Assembly (NCBI GenBank): GCA_023251095.1
Contig: JAHEZL010000004.1
Span: 48,226-112,225 of the forward strand
DNA: 64,000 nt
Direction: 5' to 3'
DNA from: Flavobacteriales bacterium
Lineage (GTDB): Bacteria > Bacteroidota > Bacteroidia > Flavobacteriales_C > GCA-002722245
Below, piece after piece: positions 26,764 to 36,828 of this stretch. Position 1 is the first letter of the stretch. Every line of letters begins with the position of its first letter. The notes under the pieces are model-generated. The model did no database searches. It saw nothing but the letters and a program-made list of their open reading frames with translations, and was not told the origin of the DNA. The position numbers and the translations under genes are program-made.

Positions 26764-29148
26764 ATGAAATTTTTAAGAATATATATTCAGTGTGTTTTTC
26801 TATTATTGACAGTGGTGTCCAACGCTCAGTTGCAATGGAAAAATGTATCAATAGTGCCAGATCCGAGGATATACGGCAATTCATATAGGTTTTCTGAAAA
26901 CAAAATTTTACTCCATGGCACTGAAAATTTAAATTATGAGGCTTTGTATGTATTGGATAATGACAATGTGAAAGTTAGTTTTTCTAGTGCGCAGTATAAT
27001 TATATAAGGGATTTTTATTTTGTCGATAACGATTTGGGATGGTTGCTTACCTCTAATGGTAAGGTTTATAAAACCATTGATGGAGCTGCAACATGGGATA
27101 TTATTGGGATGTGTGCTGCAGTTAATAGCGGTCGTGATATATTGTTTGTTGATTCTTTGGTAGGTTTTGTTACTGGAGATAAAATTTTTTATAGAACACT
27201 GGATGGAGGTAAAAATTGGGCGTTAGATACCGTAGGTATGAACTTGAATTCAAGTGTCAGAATTCAAAAAGATAATCAGGGAGGGTTGTATCTTGATAGA
27301 GATGATAATCATTTTTCATACTCTTTAGATAGTGGGAAAGTATGGGCAGATATGTCTGTAATAACTCAAAACAATGAAAGATGTAAGCTGAAAGTGTTTA
27401 ATGATTCTGTTTTTTGCCTTTATGGTAAAAGTCAGGGGTCTTCGAAACCGGATTCTTCACTTTTATATCTTACTTACGATAGGGGAAAAAAATGGGTCAA
27501 GTATAAATTCCCTAATAATAGTCAAGTACTTCAGGCATATAATATTGGTGCTGATTCTTTGTATTTTGCTACTAGTGAAAAATTATTTTATTCTTATAAT
27601 AGAGGACTTAAATGGACCGAAGTAGGGATTACGACTATCTTAGGTTCAGGCGAGAGTATTATTTCTCTTTTTTACGAAAAAAATATTTTCACTTTAACTA
27701 CTTATTTAGGGAATGTACTTACAAGTAAAGACTTTCATCAATGGAAATCCATTGTAAAAAGTATTGATTTCCCCTATCTGAAAATTCATTTAATAGATAA
27801 CCATAGAGGAGTTGCCATAGCGAATGATTCGAATTTATATGCAACTAATAACGGAGGGGTCTCATGGATTAATTACCTTAATGATATTGATCCCGTACTT
27901 ATGAGTTTCCCTAATGATACTTTAGGATTTGTAGTATCGAATAATTCAATGATTTATGCTACCAAAGATGGAGGAGTAACCTGGAATAATCATCCTATGG
28001 TAATGGATCAAAAGCCTCAGGGCGTTAAAGGTCGATTTGAGGTATCATTTAGCAATGATAAAATAGGCTGGATGTCTTTTTATCATGATTTTTATAAAAC
28101 AACAGATGCTGGTGCAACATGGAAAAAAACAGATGTGAATTCCAGTTTTGTTCATGGTTACTTTGGTGTAGCTTTTGGTTCTGAGAGCAATGGATGCGTG
28201 GTAAAGGAGGAGTCTTCTTGGTGGGAAACTATATACTGTACTTCTAACGGAGGTTTGACATGGAATAGCAAGATGAATCTGACTGCAGCTAAAGTATACT
28301 TTTTGGATAGCCTTAATGCATGGGCAATTGGAGTGTATAATAATGATTATCCGCAAATACAACATAGTAATAATGGAGGAAAGACTTGGAGTGTACAGTA
28401 TACAGGAAATACTGGGGGGCAATTTTTTGATATCTGTTTTTTAAATAAAAATGTTGGTTATGCTGTTGGTAAGGATGGGGTTATTTTTGAAACAATTAAT
28501 GGAGGGATAGATTGGAAGTCCTATGCTTCTTCAACGTTTTTTAATTTAAGGAGAATCTATATTAAAAATGACTCTATTGGGTGGATTACTGGAGATGGGA
28601 ATACAGTATTGAGTTTGAGTGACATGAAATCCGAAGGCAATTATTCCTGTGATCCGTTTGATGTTGGATTTACTTATGAAAACACAAATTACACTGTAAT
28701 TGTTCATGATGCCAGTCAGGGTAAACCTGGTATAATCTGGGATTTTGGAGATGGTACAATTACCAATGGAAAAGATACGGTGCATGTATATAATAAAGAA
28801 GGGAATTATAATATCTGTCAGCTCGGAAAGAGTTTTTGCGAGACGAAGTCCTTGTGTTATTCATTGGCTGTATCTAATGCAATAGAAGAACAAAATTCGT
28901 TTGAAAGTATTACAGTGTTTAATACCGCTAATGATGTCCTGATCAAATTAAACCAGGAAAATGATATGAAAACACGGCGTTTGATTTTTACAAATGCTAT
29001 CGGACAGCAAATGCAGGAAATAGTTGTTTCAGGAAACAGTACCGTGGAAATTTCAAAAAACAACTTGCAAGAAGGTGTTTACGTCATTGCTTTTTACAAT
29101 GAGCAAAACGAACTGGAAGCCAGAAAAAAAATTATCCTACTGAATTGA
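26764..29148 (+). CDS. BNR/Asp-box repeat (Ycf48/sortilin-like beta-propeller) protein with PKD domain and T9SS type-A C-terminal sorting domain
   Basis: At least 10 SxDxGxTW-type repeats (DGAATW, DGGKNW, DSGKVW, NNGGVSW, DGGVTW, DAGATW, NGGLTW, NGGKTW, NGGIDW). PKD-like WDFGDGT. C-terminal ~80 aa with a T9SS CTD pattern. Confidence 0.75.
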   Translation: MKFLRIYIQCVFLLLTVVSNAQLQWKNVSIVPDPRIYGNSYRFSENKILLHGTENLNYEALYVLDNDNVKVSFSSAQYNYIRDFYFVDNDLGWLLTSNGKVYKTIDGAATWDIIGMCAAVNSGRDILFVDSLVGFVTGDKIFYRTLDGGKNWALDTVGMNLNSSVRIQKDNQGGLYLDRDDNHFSYSLDSGKVWADMSVITQNNERCKLKVFNDSVFCLYGKSQGSSKPDSSLLYLTYDRGKKWVKYKFPNNSQVLQAYNIGADSLYFATSEKLFYSYNRGLKWTEVGITTILGSGESIISLFYEKNIFTLTTYLGNVLTSKDFHQWKSIVKSIDFPYLKIHLIDNHRGVAIANDSNLYATNNGGVSWINYLNDIDPVLMSFPNDTLGFVVSNNSMIYATKDGGVTWNNHPMVMDQKPQGVKGRFEVSFSNDKIGWMSFYHDFYKTTDAGATWKKTDVNSSFVHGYFGVAFGSESNGCVVKEESSWWETIYCTSNGGLTWNSKMNLTAAKVYFLDSLNAWAIGVYNNDYPQIQHSNNGGKTWSVQYTGNTGGQFFDICFLNKNVGYAVGKDGVIFETINGGIDWKSYASSTFFNLRRIYIKNDSIGWITGDGNTVLSLSDMKSEGNYSCDPFDVGFTYENTNYTVIVHDASQGKPGIIWDFGDGTITNGKDTVHVYNKEGNYNICQLGKSFCETKSLCYSLAVSNAIEEQNSFESITVFNTANDVLIKLNQENDMKTRRLIFTNAIGQQMQEIVVSGNSTVEISKNNLQEGVYVIAFYNEQNELEARKKIILLN

Positions 29149-29149
29149 T

Positions 29150-30118
29150 TTATTTTATAAGTTTCGCGTAATCTTTAGCGAAGTAAGTAAGGATAACATC
29201 GGCGCCGGCTCTTCTCATACTGTACAACGTTTCGGGCATGGCTTTATTGAAATCGAGCCAGCCGTTTTTACAAGCAGCAATGAGCATGGCACATTCACCG
29301 CTTACATGATAAGCAGCAATAGGAATATCAAATTCATCTTTCAGTGCTTTCACCACATCCAAATAATGCAAGGCAGGTTTTACCATCAGAAAATCGGCGC
29401 CTTCATTAAAATCCAAATGGGCTTCCAGTAAAGCTTCACGGATATTTCGTGGATCCATCTGGTAAGTTTTTTTGTCGCCTTTTTTAGGAGCCGAATTCAA
29501 AGCATCTCTGAACGGACCGTAAAAAGCGCTGGCGTATTTTGCGGTATAGGCCATGATGCTGAGATCAGGAAATCCGTTGTAATCCAATGCCTCTCTTAAA
29601 AATCCAACTCTGCCGTCCATCATATCCGACGGGCCGATGATGTCAATTCCCGCTTCCGCTTGCGCCAAAGCCATGTTGGCCAAAATAGGCAGGGTTTCAT
29701 CGTTGAGGATTTCGCCGTTTTTCACCAATCCGTCGTGGCCATCGGAACTGTATGGATCCATCGCCACATCGCTGATCAGAATAATTTGAGGAAAGCGTTT
29801 TTTTATTTCTTTGATGGCTCGTAAATAAAAGTTTTTAGAGCTAAAGCTGTAGCTGGCTTTTTTGTCTTTGTGCCGGTCTTCCACACTTGGAAAAAGGATG
29901 AAAGAATGCAAGCCGAGTTTAACGCAGGAATCAATTTCCCGCAATAAGTGTTCAATGGAGAAGCGGTAGTTGCCAGGCAAGGAAGCAATTTCTTTTTTAA
30001 CGTTTGTTCCGTCTACCAGAAAAAGAGGATAGATTAAGTTAGAAAGTTCCAGAGTTGTTTCGGCAACCATTTCTCTCATTGGAGCAGATGATCTTCGGCG
30101 GCGTGGTCGGATTTGCAT
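29150..30118 (-). CDS. hemB: porphobilinogen synthase (delta-aminolevulinic acid dehydratase)
   Basis: MQIRPRRRRSSAPMREMVAETTLELSNLIYPLFLV matches the HemB N-terminus. The active-site region GPSDMMDGRV and the Lys Schiff-base context are present. The ORF-track start at 30133 is a TTG extension. Confidence 0.93.
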   Translation of the reverse strand: MQIRPRRRRSSAPMREMVAETTLELSNLIYPLFLVDGTNVKKEIASLPGNYRFSIEHLLREIDSCVKLGLHSFILFPSVEDRHKDKKASYSFSSKNFYLRAIKEIKKRFPQIILISDVAMDPYSSDGHDGLVKNGEILNDETLPILANMALAQAEAGIDIIGPSDMMDGRVGFLREALDYNGFPDLSIMAYTAKYASAFYGPFRDALNSAPKKGDKKTYQMDPRNIREALLEAHLDFNEGADFLMVKPALHYLDVVKALKDEFDIPIAAYHVSGECAMLIAACKNGWLDFNKAMPETLYSMRRAGADVILTYFAKDYAKLIK

Positions 30119-30268
30119 AGTTTGAGTTTTCAATTCCTAACAATATTACTAAACTGTTGGGGATTAAAAGCGAGTATTTTAAAAAAATAAGCGGAGGATA
30201 TTTTTATGTGAAATTCTGATATGCTAAAAAAAATAATATATTTTTAACGTTTCCAATTAACAACAGGC

Positions 30269-30970
30269 ATGAAAGTAAATAATCCTGAGAAGAGACTAAA
30301 TCAGTTTTGGGGGCTAGTGGATCAAAAGCACGTGGAGGTAATAGCTAAAAAAATTGTTGGTAAAAATGTATTGGATATGGGGTCAGGATTAGGAACCACC
30401 ACCAAGCAGCTTACGGATAAAGGGTTTAATTGCATTGGATTTGACTATGATTCTGAATCGGTTGAATATTGTAAAAAAGTATATCCTGATTGTAAATTTG
30501 TAGTAGCCAATGCTGAGCACTTGCCTTACGATGACAATTGTTTTGATACTATAATATTAAGGGATGCCTTGCATCACTTTTATTGTGAAGGAGATTTCGA
30601 AAAGATAGCCAAAGAGATGGTGAGAGTTTCTAAGAACAATGCCCGCATTATCTTTTTTGATCCCAACGTCAATTTCATGATAAAAACCCTGCGTAAAATT
30701 TCTGCGCATAAAGATGTGGAATGCAAGTTTGAAACCGCTATGGAGATCATGAAAAAACTAGGCGCTGTCAATATTGAACATCGTTTTAACACTATATATA
30801 GTCTTCAACTCAGTGGTGGTTATGTTGGGGTAAATTTCACGCCTAATGTAAAGTTCATTCAGAAAATGATTTTAAGCAGTGAGCGGTTTTTTGAAAGTAT
30901 TTTCAATAAAATCGGACTAGGGCGTTATCTCTGTTGGCGCTACATCATCACCGGTGATTTAAAAAAATAA
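30269..30970 (+). CDS. class I SAM-dependent methyltransferase
   Basis: Motif I VLDMGSGLGTTT, followed by an acidic residue at the end of beta2 and motif post-I. Confidence 0.8.
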   Translation: MKVNNPEKRLNQFWGLVDQKHVEVIAKKIVGKNVLDMGSGLGTTTKQLTDKGFNCIGFDYDSESVEYCKKVYPDCKFVVANAEHLPYDDNCFDTIILRDALHHFYCEGDFEKIAKEMVRVSKNNARIIFFDPNVNFMIKTLRKISAHKDVECKFETAMEIMKKLGAVNIEHRFNTIYSLQLSGGYVGVNFTPNVKFIQKMILSSERFFESIFNKIGLGRYLCWRYIITGDLKK

Positions 30971-31121
30971 ACCCCACTAAGGTTTATTTTTTTTTGCACG
31001 GTAACTTTTCCTTCCTTAAATTGTTCTACGATAGAGGCATCCCAAGATGCAACTATGAAAAACTACTGATTTGCTGATGTAAAGAAATCTTCTGTTCTGT
31101 GAGAAATTATTGATGCAGATT

Positions 31122-31159
31122 GCGACACTACTATTTTTTTGAATTTTATATTACTACAA
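31122..31159 (+). promoter_or_regulatory. conserved 5' regulatory motif of the giant CTD paralogs (copy 1)
   Basis: GCGACACTACTATTTTTTTGAATTTTATATTACTACAA immediately precedes the ATG. About 85% identical to 36791..36828 upstream of the second paralog. Confidence 0.5.
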
Positions 31160-34100
31160 ATGACAACAAATCTTAGGGGGCTAGGTCTTGTTTTATTGTT
31201 TGCTTTTTCAGCAAACTTAAAGGCGCAAAACGATTGTGCTGCATATCCTAAAACAGGAAAATTCGATACACTTACTTATATTAAATCTTCGGTTCCTACT
31301 GATCCCGGAAAGGGCGCTGGGATCTGGCTCGGACAAGGGACCATCTTAAGAAACGGATCTGAGGTGAGACCTGCCTTTATTCCTTCTAACCATCCTGAAT
31401 GGGCCATTGCCATTGCGGTAGCTTGGAATTACACCAGAAATACTATTAACCGGGTGGAGTATCCGCAAATAGGATACTGGCTGGGAACCGTGGTGCAGGA
31501 AACCGAACTGGCTTGCGTTACAGGAACCACCTGGTCAACGCCCGCTCAAACATCCAACAACATGGCAAATGCAACAACCATTATGGGGCACGACGGTTGT
31601 TTTCAAATAGAAGGTCCGGGTTCGGCTTACGGACAGCTCAATCAGAATTACCCGATGGGACGTTTTCCATCCTCCTTACATCCCACGTTAATCATGGGGC
31701 CTACCAATTTTGAAACATCAGCAATGGTGAAATCTTATTTTGATGTGTATACTACTTCTGTGTACAATGACCATGTGGGTTGGGATGTGTATGAAAGCAT
31801 TGATTGTACTACTGATCCTTATGCTTATATCAAAACATCGGCATCGGGTTATAACGGAGGTATCAATGCTTTTGCCGGAAATGCAGGGAAGTTCAACGGG
31901 AGTCAGGACGGTAATAGTTGTTGGGGAGGAATGGCGGCCACCACTGCCAACTATGCCAACGATGTAGCAAAATGGGTATCGGTGTTGGAAAATACTCCAT
32001 CGTACTGCGAGTATCCAACAGGAAGTTCTTTCGATTCTTATTACAATGGAGACATGACTTGGACGATGGTAAGTAATTACATCAACTCTATTAAAGTAAT
32101 GTATCCGGAAGTAAATTGGACTACAGTAACGGCGGCCGTGCAGGCAAAGTTTAATTCATTAGCCGTAGGCGGAAAAATCAAGTTCCAGCAAATGGGTGAT
32201 GTAATTGATGCAATCGTCATCAATCTTCCCAAAGATTATCCTCAAACAGTAGAAGGGTCTCCTGTAGGAGTGGATGTTTTTGGTTGCTCGGGAAATAAAG
32301 TGCCTTACGGTCATTTTCAAATTTTAAATGGAGCGCAAACGGTTTGCTTAGGAGAATCGGTGACTATGAATATTGTGGTAGATGCAGGAGGTGGAGCAAC
32401 GCCTACTTTTAAGTGGTATAAATCCTCGGCACCGGGAACGATATTAGCAACTACACAATCCTATACTATCACACCAACTGCCGTCGGTAGTGTAGTGTAT
32501 TCGGCAGAGGTTTGTAATTCGGCGGGATGTTATAGGTTAAACAGTAATGAATGTAATGCCTGCATGGATTCTCGTAATTTATGCGGTGTTCAGATTAATG
32601 CCAAACAATGTTCAAATTGCACTTTTACTGCAGCAGCAACTTCTACAAATACGCCTTGTAAAGGAATTCCTGGTGGAAAAATCAATTTAACGCTGACCAA
32701 CACTCCTGCAAACTATACTGTAAATTATACAGGTACCACATCAACAGGAACAGTTGTAGGTTCTTTTGCTTCAACAGGAAATTCAGTGCTAATAGATCAA
32801 TTGCGCGATGGATCATATAATGTTGAGTTGGTAAGCGCCACCGATCCTTTGTGCAAAGCTACCACAACAGTAATTGTTGGTTATACTACAAACGTTAATT
32901 ATTATTTGGACGCCAACGTTACCGGTACCGCCAACTGCGTAGCCGGTGTGAAAGCGGAGGTGAAAGAATTGCCATCGCCATGTAACTGGAAAGTGCGTGT
33001 ACATGTGCCTACTTATTTTATGTGGGAAAATCCTGTAAACTTCGGAGTGAGCACAACAACAGGATTGACCAATGTTGACCGTTATACCCGTACTGCAGCA
33101 AAACCTGAGATTGATCTATGGAACGACGCGCAGATTTACGAATCGGTTTTTTCTTTGAATACCGGTGATGTCATGACTTTCAAGTTCGGCTTAACCAACA
33201 CTCCCGGCGCTACGATGTGGAGAGATTATCAGATTACGGTTTTTGATGAAAACAACAATCAGGTATATACCAAACTTGTAGCGGCAGGATCGGCAAAACT
33301 GGATTTGCCATATACAGCAGGTACTTACGGCGTAACCTGTCCGGCTACCATACCCAATTATACTTTTTCATGGTCGCCTTCCTTAACCGCAGTGAACACC
33401 ACCACTACTACTTCTACCGGAACAGTACCTGTGGATAAAACCACCGATAAAACGTATACTGTAACGGCCATTAATTTGGCGAGTCCGCAATGTACTTTAA
33501 CTGATACAGTAATAGTTCGCAAAAACCCTGCGTGTACCACAACAGCTTGTGTGAAGCCATCGGCGGTGATTTCAGGAAGTGGATCAATTTGTCCGGGCGA
33601 CAGCATCAAATTAACGGTTACTTTAACCGGAAGTGCCAACTGGAAACTGCGCATTAAAAACGGAGCCAGCATTACCAAGGTTCAAAACATCACGGCGAGT
33701 CCTTATACTTTTTATGCAAAAACAGCGGGGACTTATTCCATAGATACCGTGTGGGATGCCAATTGCGATACTTTAGGAAAAGGAGCGGGAGCAGTGGTGA
33801 CAGTGAAAACTGCGCCAACGGCAACCATCACCGGAGCGGCAACCATTTGTCAGGGCGACAGTACCTTGATGACCGTTGCATTAACAGGAACAGCCAACTG
33901 GAAATTAAAAATCAATAAAGCAGGAGTTGTTTCAACAGTAAGCAATATCGCTTCCATTCCTTATACCTTCTGGGCAAAAACAGGAGGGACTTATACTGTA
34001 GATTCTGTTTGGGATGCCAACTGTTCGGCGAAAGGAATAGGCAGTCCGGTAGTAGTTGCGAATCCGCAGCCAACCATTGCAACAGCAGGAAGCACCACTA

Positions 34101-36691
34101 TTTGTCAGGGCGATACTGCAAAAATAACGCTCACCTTAACCGGAACTGCACCTTTTACCATTAAAGCAAAAGTGGGAGCAATCACCGGAACTTATGTGAC
34201 CAACACCACCAGTTTTATAGTTCCTTTAACCACCGCCGGAACAGATACTATAAATGTTACTGATGCCACTGGCTGCAAGGCCGTCACAAAAACAATTACA
34301 ATTGTGGTTAATCCTAAAGTAACAGTTGCTTTTGCAAAAGACACCATGAATATTTGTGCGGGAACTCCTGTGAATTTAACGCCTGTTGTAACAGGTGGTA
34401 CAGCGCCTGTTACTTACGTGTGGACGGGCTTAGGCTCGGGCGCCGGAACCAGCTACAATGCAAATGCGCAAGGCTATTATTATGTGGCCGTTACCGACAA
34501 CAAAGGTTGTATTGGTAAGGATACTGTTTATGTAAAAGTGAGTTCGAGTTTAACGGTCAACCTCGTAAACAAATCTATTTGTGTTGGTGATTCATTGATC
34601 CTTGATGCCGGTTATGATGTGGTGAATTATCATTTGCAATGGAATACTCCTGATACCACTCAGACTATAAAAGTAAAAACCGTAGGGATTTATGGCGTAG
34701 TGGTGCAAACCCGAACGGGCGGATGTACGGGAAGCGATAGTATGAATCTTTCGATGTTTGCAATGCCTGTTGTTAGCTTGGGAGTCGACGATACTATATG
34801 TATTGGCGCTAAAGCAACCTTGAATGCGGGCAACGGATTTTCTTCTTATTTATGGTCCACAACCGATGTTACGCCTACCATTTCAAAAGGAAACGGAACT
34901 TACAATGTAACGGTAACAGATGCCAACGGATGTAAAGCCAAAGACACTATTCAGGTAACAGAGATAGCAAAACCAAGTCCTGATGTTATTCAGGATATCG
35001 CCACTTGTGCCGGAACCAATCTTACTTTTAAAGAAGGATCTTACAATAATTTACACGGACCATATACTTACAAATGGCTGTATGACAACAGTACTGCCGA
35101 CAGTTTGAAATTCACCAATTTGAGCAACGCCCACAATCTGATGACTTCTTTTGGAGGCTGGGTAAAAGTAGATGTGAGTGATAAATTTGGTTGTAAAGGA
35201 AGAGACAGTGCGCGTGTTACCATTAATTCGGCATTGCCTGTTCAAATCAGCGGAGTGCCTGATACCATGATGTGTGCAGGAGGAGCGGCCATTACTTTGA
35301 GTTCGCAATATACTGCTGCGGGAGGTTATACTTTCAATTGGACGGGCACCACTCCGGCAACAACAGAAAGCATTTCGGTAACGAAAGCAGGATTGATTAC
35401 GCTTGTTGTTTCCAGCGGTGGATGTACCGGAACCGATGCCATTACTATTGTGGTGAATCCTTTGCCGGATATGAATTTAATTACTACCACCAAATCCATT
35501 TGCAGTGGTGATGCTGCTTTACTGGGCTACAACTACGGAGCCAATCACAGTTATTTGTGGGAAGATAATGCGCCGTCAACACTAAGTACAAACACCATTT
35601 ATTCTACAACAACAGGAGGTACTTATACAGTAACGGTTACCAATACTGTAACAGGTTGTAAAGCCGATACCAATATTGTGGTTACTGCGCACGCAAAACC
35701 AAATGTGGGCATAGGAAATGATATTGATACCTGTAACAATGTAACGCTGACTTTGAGCGAAACCACGGGGCAAACAGGTGTGACTTACAGCTGGACAAAA
35801 TTAAGTACGGCGCCAATAGTGCTGGGAACAACAGCGACACTGCCGGTTTCAAACAGTGATCAGTATAAATTAACAGTGACCGATGCTTTTGGTTGTTTTA
35901 AATCCGATAGTTTGAATGCACTTTTCAGAATTATGCCCGTGGTGAATTTACTAGGAGCGGATACGTCGACAATTAAAATAATATGTGAAGGAGAAATCTT
36001 GCCACTTAATGCAATAAATGCTGCTTCAGGCATGACTTATCTGTGGAATAATTCATCGGTAAATCCGGTGTTGAATGTTAATCAAAGCGGAACCTATTCG
36101 GTGACGGTGAGCAATGGAAATTGCGTTGCCAAAGACACACAAATAGTTCAGCAAATAGTTCTTCCTGATGAGGTTTTAAATGATACTATTTTTCCAATCA
36201 AATCCATTTATTGTTTTGCTGAGGAAGGTCCGGTGGTACTATCGGCCCTCACCCATGATCCTGCAAGCAGCGCTTACAATTATCTATGGAACAACGGAGC
36301 AACTACACCTCAGATTAATTTAACTGCAGGAGGATTGTACAGCGTGAAAATAGGTTTGGATAAATGTAATGTGATAGATGAAATTGCTGTGACGGATTAT
36401 TGTCCGACTACCTTTTTCGTTCCTAATTCATTCACTCCGAATGGCGACAATACCAATGATGTATTTTATGCTGTAGGATATTATGTGAACGATTATCAGT
36501 TGTTGATTTTTGATCGCTGGGGGAATCTTATTTTCAAAAGCAACGACATGGCAACGGGCTGGAACGGAATGGTGAATGGCCGACCGGTGCAGCAAGATGT
36601 ATATGTTTGGAAAGTGAATTACAGCATAAATATGGATACCGGAAAAACCAAAGCGAAAGAAAAAATCGGACACGTAACAGTGATTTATTAA
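31160..36691 (+). CDS. giant cell-surface protein with Ig-like repeats and gliding-motility-associated (T9SS type B) C-terminal domain
   Basis: Signal peptide MTTNLRGLGLVLLFAFSANLKAQ, repeated ~85-aa Ig-like modules (…ICxGDS…LTGTANWKL…YTF…VWDANC…) and the C-terminus CPTTFFVPNSFTPNGDNTNDVF…LLIFDRWGNLIFKS…GWNG…. Confidence 0.85.
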   Translation: MTTNLRGLGLVLLFAFSANLKAQNDCAAYPKTGKFDTLTYIKSSVPTDPGKGAGIWLGQGTILRNGSEVRPAFIPSNHPEWAIAIAVAWNYTRNTINRVEYPQIGYWLGTVVQETELACVTGTTWSTPAQTSNNMANATTIMGHDGCFQIEGPGSAYGQLNQNYPMGRFPSSLHPTLIMGPTNFETSAMVKSYFDVYTTSVYNDHVGWDVYESIDCTTDPYAYIKTSASGYNGGINAFAGNAGKFNGSQDGNSCWGGMAATTANYANDVAKWVSVLENTPSYCEYPTGSSFDSYYNGDMTWTMVSNYINSIKVMYPEVNWTTVTAAVQAKFNSLAVGGKIKFQQMGDVIDAIVINLPKDYPQTVEGSPVGVDVFGCSGNKVPYGHFQILNGAQTVCLGESVTMNIVVDAGGGATPTFKWYKSSAPGTILATTQSYTITPTAVGSVVYSAEVCNSAGCYRLNSNECNACMDSRNLCGVQINAKQCSNCTFTAAATSTNTPCKGIPGGKINLTLTNTPANYTVNYTGTTSTGTVVGSFASTGNSVLIDQLRDGSYNVELVSATDPLCKATTTVIVGYTTNVNYYLDANVTGTANCVAGVKAEVKELPSPCNWKVRVHVPTYFMWENPVNFGVSTTTGLTNVDRYTRTAAKPEIDLWNDAQIYESVFSLNTGDVMTFKFGLTNTPGATMWRDYQITVFDENNNQVYTKLVAAGSAKLDLPYTAGTYGVTCPATIPNYTFSWSPSLTAVNTTTTTSTGTVPVDKTTDKTYTVTAINLASPQCTLTDTVIVRKNPACTTTACVKPSAVISGSGSICPGDSIKLTVTLTGSANWKLRIKNGASITKVQNITASPYTFYAKTAGTYSIDTVWDANCDTLGKGAGAVVTVKTAPTATITGAATICQGDSTLMTVALTGTANWKLKINKAGVVSTVSNIASIPYTFWAKTGGTYTVDSVWDANCSAKGIGSPVVVANPQPTIATAGSTTICQGDTAKITLTLTGTAPFTIKAKVGAITGTYVTNTTSFIVPLTTAGTDTINVTDATGCKAVTKTITIVVNPKVTVAFAKDTMNICAGTPVNLTPVVTGGTAPVTYVWTGLGSGAGTSYNANAQGYYYVAVTDNKGCIGKDTVYVKVSSSLTVNLVNKSICVGDSLILDAGYDVVNYHLQWNTPDTTQTIKVKTVGIYGVVVQTRTGGCTGSDSMNLSMFAMPVVSLGVDDTICIGAKATLNAGNGFSSYLWSTTDVTPTISKGNGTYNVTVTDANGCKAKDTIQVTEIAKPSPDVIQDIATCAGTNLTFKEGSYNNLHGPYTYKWLYDNSTADSLKFTNLSNAHNLMTSFGGWVKVDVSDKFGCKGRDSARVTINSALPVQISGVPDTMMCAGGAAITLSSQYTAAGGYTFNWTGTTPATTESISVTKAGLITLVVSSGGCTGTDAITIVVNPLPDMNLITTTKSICSGDAALLGYNYGANHSYLWEDNAPSTLSTNTIYSTTTGGTYTVTVTNTVTGCKADTNIVVTAHAKPNVGIGNDIDTCNNVTLTLSETTGQTGVTYSWTKLSTAPIVLGTTATLPVSNSDQYKLTVTDAFGCFKSDSLNALFRIMPVVNLLGADTSTIKIICEGEILPLNAINAASGMTYLWNNSSVNPVLNVNQSGTYSVTVSNGNCVAKDTQIVQQIVLPDEVLNDTIFPIKSIYCFAEEGPVVLSALTHDPASSAYNYLWNNGATTPQINLTAGGLYSVKIGLDKCNVIDEIAVTDYCPTTFFVPNSFTPNGDNTNDVFYAVGYYVNDYQLLIFDRWGNLIFKSNDMATGWNGMVNGRPVQQDVYVWKVNYSINMDTGKTKAKEKIGHVTVIY

Positions 36692-36790
36692 CCCCCGCTG
36701 TAACATTTCCTCTCTTACTTTGTTTTACGTAGACTACTTGCTGTTTTAACAGATCTTCTTTAGATTTAAGGAAACTCTTAACAGCCGATG

Positions 36791-36828
36791 CGAACACTAC
36801 TATTTTTGAATTTTATTTTATTACTACA
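36791..36828 (+). promoter_or_regulatory. conserved 5' regulatory motif of the giant CTD paralogs (copy 2)
   Basis: CGAACACTACTATTTTTGAATTTTATTTTATTACTACA contains TAttTTTG (the Bacteroidetes -7 consensus TAnnTTTG) and sits directly before the ATG at 36829. Confidence 0.5.
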
